The notes beneath the pieces were generated by a model. The model saw only the letters and a list, made by a program, of their open reading frames with translations. It was not told the origin of the DNA and did not search any database. This document shows, in pieces, positions 54,553 to 64,000 of a DNA stretch of 64,000 nt; positions within the stretch are counted from its first letter, which is position 1, and every line of letters starts with the position of its first letter. The DNA is from Octopus sinensis (Eukaryota): positions 84,134,001-84,198,000 of the forward strand of contig NC_042999.1 of the NCBI RefSeq assembly GCF_006345805.1. The letters are read 5' to 3'. The translations under genes were made by a program, and so were the position numbers.

Positions 54553-54570
54553 TCAGCAGCAGCAGCAGTA
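54495..54570. repeat. (TAG)n/(CAG)n microsatellite
   Basis: Direct reading. Confidence 0.95.
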
Positions 54571-54842
54571 GTGGCCGTCGTTGTCGTTGTCGTCGTGATG
54601 GTGGTATTGATCATACACTGTAACAGCGCATCGCTGCACCCACCGTTTGTTTATAATTCCCTTATACTCTTGGCAGATGACACTTTTGTACCAAGGCGAC
54701 AATCTTGAAACTCATGGATCTGTTTTAAGTGTTGTTGCTGGCGAGGGTTTTTTTACGATGTCAGAGTACAAATCCTACCTCAACCTCTTTTAATTACCTT
54801 GTGCGACACGCAGAGGAAACGTGTCGATCCTCACGTAGCACC

Positions 54843-54959
54843 GAGCAACGTGAAATGACGTGTTTTGCTTAAGAACACAGCATTCCGCCCGGTTTGTGAT
54901 TCGAACCCATGATATGGTGATCATAAGGGAAACACCCTAACAAGTACTCACGTGCCTTC
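54843..54959 (-). mobile_element. Group C-like SINE head fragment
   Basis: GAGCAACGTGAAAT..AAGAACACA..TTCGAACCC..CCCTAAC..CACGTGCCTTC parallels 28180-28299. Confidence 0.6.
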
Positions 54960-55399
54960 GTGATACAGACATATAATTGAATAGGAAAGTATATGTATTC
55001 TGTCTAATGGGTACGTACAAGTATCGCGTACCATCGGGGGAGGGTCTATTGCGTTAAATAATCAGGGCAGACGCAAAGATGGGACAATTATGTGCGTACA
55101 GATGAACTGAATTGCACCCAAATGTTGTATTATTTCGATGGATATCACGTAAGAAGGTAATACCAAAAAGTTCGTTCTTACGTTGGTAATTTATGTCTAA
55201 AGAAATTATTCATGGAACTTGCATTTCATATCATACGATTATATACAATGTATACTATGTACGAGCATATACTGAACAGTTTCTAAATAAAAAATATTTT
55301 TTGTTCGTTTGTTTTTTTAGCACTATCGCATTGGCTATGGAAGCATGATGGACACTTTACTCGACTTGTTTATGCATAGCACTTACATGAGATTCGAAA

Positions 55400-55584
55400 G
55401 AAAATGCAGCAAGTGCAGTCAATTATGATTTTATTCAGCATATTTCCCCTTCCAGATTCACATACTTATTGCAGTGTTCCTTCAGATTTTCTAAACCCTG
55501 TAAAAGAACTCAGAATGTAGGGCATTGAACCATGCCTTTCGCAACACCCTTAAAGCCACGAATTTTACAGCACCCCTTCGTATA
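55400..55584 (-). mobile_element. Short non-autonomous mariner derivative
   Basis: Minus strand encodes a degenerate mariner C-terminus (SEFFYR...GKYAE*); TIR-like end CAGCACCCCTTCG-TA. Confidence 0.5.
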
Positions 55585-56000
55585 ACCCATCATGTTGATA
55601 GATGTAAAAATTATACTGATTATTGAAAAGATTTTCACAAATGGAAAATTGTAATATCATGATCATCAATCCGTCGATTGTTTACTTTTAATACTCTACG
55701 ATGAATATACTAACTTCATAATCGATAATTTCCCTCCAGGATTTACAGTCTGTTACAAAGTTATCTCTATTAATGGAATATTTTTTTCTGATTTTCTTCA
55801 CTATACATTGTTAACCAGGATCTCCTGAGGGAACACTGACTTGATATTCACCTAGACTTTCTAAAAATCCCCTTTCCCTAAATTCGTGTGTGTGTGTTTG
55901 TGTGCAAGCAAGCGCGTACATATGTATATCAAAAGCAAGATGCGCTACAACTGTAAACATTAACGATCGCACATACTCAATAATATATGTGTTTTATTTA

Positions 56001-56130
56001 TTCGCCGGATTCGCTGCGGTGTCACGCTCGGGGAACAACTTTCTCATAATGCTGACTGTTAACACACAACGACATTCAGCGTTATGAGGCAGTCATCCCG
56101 CGAGCGTTATCCCGCAGCGAATCCGGCGAA
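56001..56130. repeat. GC-rich 130 bp fold-back hairpin
   Basis: TTCGCCGGATTCGCTGCGG / CCGCAGCGAATCCGGCGAA is a perfect 19 bp pair; inner ACGCTCG/CGAGCGT and CTCATAATGCTGA/TCAGCGTTATGAG. Confidence 0.88.
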
Positions 56131-56185
56131 CAAGGAATGCACACATTGAGTATGTGCGATATATATATACATATATATATATATG

Positions 56186-56235
<50 letters not shown>

Positions 56236-56794
56236 GTATGTCTGTATGCATGTATGTGTGTATTATTTTGAGGTGAGGCCACAGGGATACGGTATAGATA
56301 TTTAAATATGAGTGTTGAATACATGCATTTCGAATATAAAATGTTATTTCTCAGCATATTTATCATGACATATCTTTTACCATGACACAATCAAGAAAAC
56401 GAAGACACAAATAGGAAATATCAGTTTTATCGAAAATTACAGGCATTTTATACATACACCGATACGTGCAGACACACATACACACGTGTATGCATGTATG
56501 TATGTGTGTATCACTATATATGTATATATAATGATATAATGAGAAAGAAGGAACTGAAGGAGATCGTGGCTTTTGATCATTTCTCTCTTTGTCAAATCTT
56601 CTACACACATACACAAAAAAGACATCGTTCCTTCCATCACTTAACCAAGATTATATACTCAGATTGTGATAACAGCTTTTCAGTTACTAACTGCTTTTTT
56701 TTTTATATGATATAGGGAAACCTAAAGGGAACGAATCAATATGTGTGTAGAGAGAGAGAGATACAGCGCTAGATGGATAAAAAGCTAGCTATCT

Positions 56795-56862
56795 AGATAG
56801 ATAGATAGGTAGATAGATAGATAGATAGATAGATAAATAGAGAGATAGATAGATAAATAGAG

Positions 56863-56924
<62 letters not shown>

Positions 56925-57032
56925 GTGAATACATATGACGTATATTTATATCTGTCTCTATCACGCACTCTGTCTCTCCCTCTCATTTTGTGCCTATTTA
57001 TCAATGCATCTTTATGTGTGTATGTATGTATG

Positions 57033-57069
<37 letters not shown>

Positions 57070-57283
57070 ATATATATATATGTGTGTGTGCGTGTGTGTA
57101 TAAATGTAAATATATATATAAATATAAATATAAATATAAATACATATATATATATATTTATATTTATATTTATACACACACGCATACATATATATATATA
57201 TATTTATATTTATACACACACACACACATACATATATATATCTATATATATATATATATTTATATTTATATACACACACATAC

Positions 57284-57318
<35 letters not shown>

Positions 57319-57400
57319 TATACTTATATACACACGTGCATACATACACTCACGGACGCATACATACACACACGCATGTATATGCATATATTTTGTGTAT
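56795..57400. repeat. (GATA)n followed by a compound (TA)n/(CA)n tract
   Basis: Direct reading. Confidence 0.95.
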
Positions 57401-60400
57401 ACATATATGTAAGAATAAATATGTATTGAATATAAAGCTGTAATAAAATTGGTTGTCAAATCATTGTTTATATTTTTTCAAACTAAGGTAAATTTAAAGG
57501 AAAACGGAAAACATATTTTGGGTTTTAAATCCTTATAGATCAGTATATAGGTTGCAGGTTTTAATGCATACATAGCCAAAAACACGTACGCTGTCACATT
57601 TAGACACCCACACGCAACCAATACACAGTTGTGACTGCACGTCTCTGTGCATTTGTAAATATGCTTTGTGTGAATTCATGTTCTTTCCTGAAACGCACTT
57701 GTTCCATTATTGTTCTGGCTTTCCCTTTCCAATACTTGCGTGTATATATATACGCGCGCACTCCAACTGCTATCGCTAGTGTCACTTTCATTTACACCTT
57801 GTGAAACCCTTTACAAAAACTACCTCCATTTGGGAGAAAAACTATAACTTACGTTTCGCTTTATTTTTTTTATGTAAATTTTAAAAACTTAAAAATCATA
57901 TGTGAGCATTATTTATGTAACCAGTTCTTATATAATGTATTTTATACATTCGTTTACTGCAAAATTTATTGTCATATATGAAGTAAGAATTTTAAAATAC
58001 ATTATGGGAAACTATCTAACCTTTAACGCTTTATGCAGCTATGATACGTTTCATACATGGTTTGAATATTACTTATGCTGTAGTAGATAAAAATATGCTG
58101 TATACCTCCATTTTTATCGAAATAAAATATTTTTTTTACAATAATATGTATTTATTGAAGTTGCTTTAATAGACTTCATATTTCCGCACCACCAGGTCGT
58201 TGAGACATCTCTCAAGACTTTACTCACATTTTCTACACGATTATCGTGGAATAAATATGACCTAAATCAAAGGTGATTTCATGTTACCTACCATGGAGTT
58301 TTCCTTTCCTCAACAAAGTACTATCTTGACGTCGAGAGTACACAAAGGAAAATGAGCCCGAACAAATATAGTAAATATTCAATGATCTAAAATTTCTACA
58401 GTTAATTTCTCTGATGGGATGCTAAACCGAAACTTGAACTTATAATGCAAATATCCTGAATAAATTCTGCAAGGTATCTTTCTTGTTGGTTGTACTTTTC
58501 TGTCATGTACCTTCTGGTTTTAGGGAAACTAGTGCCCATAAATTCTTAGAAGAAATCAGGAAATCGTTGGGGAGCGTGAAAGGTAAATTCAGCTCTTGAG
58601 ATCTAACACTATTACCAGCACTTAAGATACCAGTTGGCACTTTTAAGCACAGCAATGAACAGGCGCTCGCTTAGGTAGGCCATGTTAGTATTTAAAATCA
58701 GAAGGCAAATATGCCAAATAAATGCCGCATGACATCAAGTCCAATCCATTTTTAACCATTAATATTCTATTGGTGTCTCGTGTATAGGATACCAGTTTTA
58801 TTACTACTTCCTCATCACATTATGATCTAAAATAATGTATAATCCCTAATAACCTTATTTCCTTTCATTTGATGGATTTGTCTCTTTCTAACACAAATCG
58901 GACTGCCAACTTTCTGATATAAGGACATTTCAACCAATTGAACTATCATACGTATATATATCATTGATCATAAGCGTGATCAGTGATATGTACGTATTAA
59001 AATCAACGCTCCCAAAACTTCTAAGTAAATTACTCGTACAGAAAAGATTGTGTAAGATTAATTTCAGGTAATAATTGCTTAATTTCCGCTGAGACACGTG
59101 TAAATATGTCATAAATACATAATTAACCACTATAATCCCCTTTTTATAATTCTAGTATGTAATAACGCTAATTTTCGCCCCGGGTACCAATTTCAAAATC
59201 TAGCGGGTGATCGAAGTCAACGGTGATATGATAGGTAAATGTATGTATCGTGAGCAAATATCGTGAGGTATTTTAGTTCTCTAATTTTCGAAATGTTAAA
59301 TAAGGTACAGAAACAACAACGCAAAAATATATAAACACACAAACAAGCAAACACACGCATACATACATATCACACATACACATACACACACAAAAACACA
59401 CGCGCACCCACATATATAACGCTGGTATAATTGTAAATAAGCATTAATTCATACTCGCACACATAAAATCGCATATAAACACGCAAACGCAAAAACGCAT
59501 GCACATACGCACAAACACACAAAAACCCAAACATATACGCGCGCATCTATATGTGTCTGTGTGTTTATATACATATATATGTAGTGGAATGACAAGAGAA
59601 TATGAATTACATAATCAACTTCATTATTCTCCAGCTGTTTCTAGGATAAGCAGTGCAGTCTCTCCCAAATAAAGATGCACTTCATTTTAAAGGCACTGAG
59701 GAAGCTATAATGTCGTGTATATGTTTCTTGTGTGCAATGTCGATGACAACTGGTAGCAAGTGTAGCGCATATCACGGCTTACGTTTTCGAAAGCCACAGA
59801 TTTAACGTTGTGTTGGTATAGTATTATATTGCTTTCAATTTAGTATGAATATGTCTGAAATAAAATGAACTTTACAATTGTATACTTTCAACCCACCAAT
59901 TTCGATTCAGTAATTCTTCACTTGCACTGATACAGTATCTTTTTGTAATGTGGCCCTTAAAGTTGATTGATCCAATACTTGAAATAATTCCAAGACTTAC
60001 TCAACCTAGAATGAAACAAATTACATCAAACAATTTTTTTTTCTTCGAATGACTATTAACAAATATGTCATTTTCTTCTCATTTGCGATATTCTAAAATA
60101 GTTGTATACAAGTGAGCATAATTAATATTTTTCTCAAGAATGAGATCGGCTGAAGTAATCATATTTTTACTAATGTATCATAAATACCCTATTACTAACC
60201 ATCTACACTATATTATATTGGAATTTTTAATGAAGTTAGAAACATTTTATTTTGTTCTGTATCTTTAAGCACATGTATAGCAGAAATAAGTTTAAATTAA
60301 TATACTCACATTCTCTACGTCAGACCACAAAAAGAAATATACATTTTATAAGAGCTGCATATCAAAAGAGAATATTCAATTTGTGCATATTAGATTCCTA

Positions 60401-61009
60401 AGGAACAATGCAATATATGTGCGAATTCACAGCTTTTAAGTTTTGCGTTTCAGATTTCATTTAAAATAAGGATACTCGCATTCAAATTTAACCCATAATT
60501 TATTGCGTTTAAGCCGTCATCTTCAAGGGTTAACTTTCTAAATGCCTGAAGCACGTTTACTAGTAAATAAATAATAGGCATTAGGAAACATTATTACATA
60601 GTGGAAATCTGGTATTCTTTTCGATCTTCACTTCTTTCTGGCCTAGCAGATTTATATACATTGCTTACTCAAATATTCAGTTTGAACCATTATAATTATT
60701 TGATTTATTTTTCTATGGAATACACATCCAGTAAACTAATGGGAACAGTTGTCATTCTTCTATGGCTGACAGCTCTTCTATATATACTGGTCATTCAAAT
60801 ATTCTGTTGGATCAGTATACTGATAACAATTCGATGAAATATTTAGTTCTTTTCTTTTTAAAATTTAGGCTTCCGTTTAACATATGTGCGTATGCTACAA
60901 GCACGGCACCAGTTTTATCTGCTTTGTGTATGCGTAAAGGACATTAAGTTCCTACAGCGATTTTATTGAATGTAAGGAATCGAAGCTGCAACGTGCATCC
61001 CTAACAAAT

Positions 61010-61125
61010 TGTCACACCTATACGTCACGAGATTGGAAGGCAATGCGTTGCTTTTTGTAACTAATAACAGAAACTACGAAATACTGGTAAATGCCGCTTT
61101 TATAGGGTTATTCATTAGTGTGACA
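61010..61125 (+). repeat. ~116 bp element with TGTCACAC...GTGTGACA ends, copy 1
   Basis: Direct homologue at 62682-62804; 8 bp terminal inverted repeat. Confidence 0.8.
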
Positions 61126-61220
61126 GAAATTATCTTTCAATGACTGCAAGTTAAATATACGTGCGTGTGCGCATGTATTTATATTTATGTATTTATATTT
61201 ATGTATGTGTATATATATAC

Positions 61221-61294
<74 letters not shown>

Positions 61295-61696
61295 ATTAAT
61301 ACACCCACACACACACACGCACAAACACGTTGATGTCATAGGAATTCAGAAACTGAGAGATTAATGTGAAAAACTTCTTTTTTGAAACATTGAAGCTCAA
61401 AATACATGAAACGCTATAAATAGTTGAGCTTAGATATTGAGTTAAATACCTGCATGAATAGAAAATGTCAAAGGCTGCCGTGGGACAAGAACCTATATCT
61501 CCTGTAAAAATGACAGGCGTTCTATCATAGGACTAAAGCTATACCTCTAGATTCTCTCATCGTTTTAAAAACGTTGTTCTTACAAGCAAGAATTGTTTGT
61601 TACTGTCAATAGAAGAAATTCTAATCTTTGAGATAAAAACATGAAAATAATTTGTTCTTGGAACGTTGATTCTTGAAGCAGATAAGCTATAAATAA

Positions 61697-61912
61697 TCCT
61701 TTTCTACTAAAAGCACAAGGCCTGAATTTTGGTGGGAAGGGACTAGTCAATTACATCGACCCCAGTGTTTCACTGGTACTTAATTTGTGGACCCCGAAAG
61801 GATGAAAGACAAAGTCAACCTCGGCGGGATTTGAACTCAAAATGTAAAGCCGGACGAAATGCTGCGAAGTATTTTACCTGACGTACTAACGATTCTGCCA
61901 GCTCGCGCCTTT
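61697..61912 (-). mobile_element. tRNA-derived SINE, group A
   Basis: Reverse complement of group A, ending ...CTAACGATTCTGCCAGCTCGCGCCTT. Confidence 0.9.
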
Positions 61913-62127
61913 CGATAAGATATAATAATAGCGTGTAAATATTAGGTTACAAAACTTTGGATAAGTAAAATCGAACGCTGCTTGTAGGACTCCGACCCAC
62001 TTCTATAAACATGACAGGCATTTTACCATTCCACCAGAGTATGTCTGTATATGAGCGGGCATGTAAACGTTCATTAAGGAAGAATAAATCAAAGGGACAG
62101 AGTGTGAGAAAGGAAGAGAGAGCTTAA

Positions 62128-62253
62128 GGTTACGTCAACAGATTTCCTATAGAAATTATAGCCAGCACTGATTTTGATACGCGGTTTCGTATCAGACATC
62201 GTAACAAAATTGGTGGTGGCTATAATTTCTATAGAAAATCTGTAGACATAACC
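62128..62253. mobile_element. Palindromic MITE-like element (126 bp), possible TTAA target site
   Basis: GGTTACGTCAACAGATTTCCTATAGAAATTATAGCCA.. pairs with ..TGGCTATAATTTCTATAGAAAATCTGTAGACATAACC; flanks TTAA and GTAA. Confidence 0.75.
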
Positions 62254-62333
62254 GTAACAAGTGATGTAATAGCACTGCTAACAGAGTAGAACATAGTTGT
62301 GAGTTATAAAAAACGTTTATTATATTTTGTAGT

Positions 62334-62634
62334 GTGGATGTGCAATGGCCCAGTGGTTAGGGCAGCGGACTCGAGGTCGGAGGGTCGCGGTTTCGATTCC
62401 CAGATCGGGAATTGTGTGTGTTTATTGAGCGAAATACCTAAAAAAAGCTCCACGAGGCTCCAGCAGGGGGTGCTGGCGACCCCTGTTGTACTCTTTCGCC
62501 ATAACTTTCTCTCCCTTTCTTTTCCTGCTTCTTGAGTAACGCTGCAATAGATTAGCGTCCCATCCAGGTGGGGGGGAACACATACGCCACAGAAACCGGT
62601 AAACCGGCCCCATAAGCATGGCTAGGCTTGAAAA
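62334..62634 (+). mobile_element. tRNA-derived SINE, group C, full length
   Basis: TGGCCCAGTGGTTAGG (A box), CTCGA anticodon-like loop (Arg-TCG-like), GGTTTCGATTCCC (B box); 3' part homologous to 39715-39875. Confidence 0.88.
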
Positions 62635-62681
62635 TTTTGTAGTATATCGTGGAAACATAACGAACTACGGTATCCATAAAT

Positions 62682-62804
62682 TGTCACACCTACACGTCAC
62701 GAGGTTGGAATGCAGTGCGTTGTATTTTTTTTTTTGTAGCTATTAACAGAAACTACGAAGTACTTGTAAATGCCGCTTTTATAGGGCTATTCATTAGTGT
62801 GACA
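62682..62804 (+). repeat. ~120 bp element with TGTCACAC...GTGTGACA ends, copy 2
   Basis: Homologous to 61010-61125. Confidence 0.8.
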
Positions 62805-64000
62805 TGAAGAGAGAGCATACAAAATTATTACCCAATGAAGAAGTACATTTTTAGAAATGCAAAAGATTTAATCATTTTAATTCGAATTCTTACTTACTGA
62901 GAGCCCTAGCACTTCTTCAGCCGGTTTTAAATTGGTACAGAATAATACATCTATAAACTCTAGCATATTTAGGCTGAAATAGAGAGGATTTTCATTCAGA
63001 CTGAGACTATATTCCTGAAAAGTTTCCCCGATGCAAACAGAAAGAAAATTGTAGATATGAAAGAAAGTCCATAGAAAAGCAATGATAATGATAAACCGCA
63101 AAACAATTAAATTAGATATTTCTCAATCGTCTTCAGTTAACCCCGGAGTGGAATGTAATGTGTTGTCTGAGGGAGACTAATTTACTTCTGATCTGTGCTA
63201 TATTATTACTTTCGTCCTTTCATCTGTTGATTTGATGTGCACGTGTGTACATAAATATACACACACGAGTATGTGTGTGTGTGTACATATATATTTATAT
63301 ATAGATATGAATATACATACTTATGTTTGTGCGTGCGTACATGCGTGAGTGTGTATGTGTGTATGTGCGGTAATGTGTGTGACTGATTTGTTTATGTTAT
63401 TTGATTAGACTGTTTTTTTTTTAGTGTATGTACCAATATATTTGTATTTATCTACTATACACCGTCATATAATTATGCACACATAAACACAATATATATG
63501 TATACACACTTTCTCACACACATATATATATATATATATATGCGTATATATATATATTATGTTCATTTATAAATAATTTATTTATGTATGTATACATATG
63601 TGTGTATCTGTGTGTATGCATTCACATATACATCAGGTGTGAGCGTGTGGTGCGCGCGTGTATACGTGTGTGTGTGCGTGCGTGTGTGTGTGTGTGTGTG
63701 TGTATGTGTGTGTGGTCACGCATGCATCTGCATTTATTTCCTTCTATATACTCTATATTGTAGAAAGCTACTTTGTGACGATGGTGAGTAGGCAGTATCA
63801 TTAGAACGTCGGAGAGAATATCTTGTATTTCTTCCGATTCTTTGCCTTCGGATTTCAAATTATAATGTTGCTTTAATTCCTTGAAGACCGATAAAAAAAA
63901 ACTCATTCCGAGAATGAAGTTTTTTTCTCCTTTTTCTATTCCAAGAAATCAGCTACGACTTCACAGTTCTGAAATACTAAACATACACGTATGACACATT

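Noticed and set aside
59628-59705. Minus-strand GAAACAGCTG half-motif
   Set aside because: No upstream CUGANGA and no NUH triplet.
62334-62405. tRNA-Arg gene
   Set aside because: Acceptor stem does not close and the sequence continues into a SINE body; it is a SINE head.
63110-63140. Minus-strand CTGAAGA-CGATTGA-GAAATATC
   Set aside because: Neither stem II nor stem I can pair.

Overview
Eukaryotic, AT-rich, repeat-dominated non-coding DNA, most likely from an octopod cephalopod. This is an inference from the tRNA-derived SINE families and the very high density of (TA)n, (CA)n, (GATA)n, (TAA)n and (GAA)n microsatellites. No intact host gene is recognisable. Nearly all tracked ORFs are microsatellite artefacts or pieces of decayed transposons. 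Identifiable content: about 18 SINE copies or fragments in three groups; decayed LINEs (R4/Dong, RTE, CR1-like); a Penelope-like element with RT and GIY-YIG; five Tc1/mariner relics including a DD37D (maT) transposase; hairpin MITE-like elements; and a full-length U6 snRNA copy joined directly to the 5' end of a SINE. The most notable signal is a set of non-coding elements inserted in (TA)n tracts that carry type I hammerhead ribozyme motifs with unusually large stem-II insertions. The clearest (50286-51737) is a near-identical ~534 bp tandem repeat with an inverted 5' copy and three hammerhead motifs, the architecture of a Penelope-type pLTR/retrozyme. All motifs were read by eye; no folding or database search was run.
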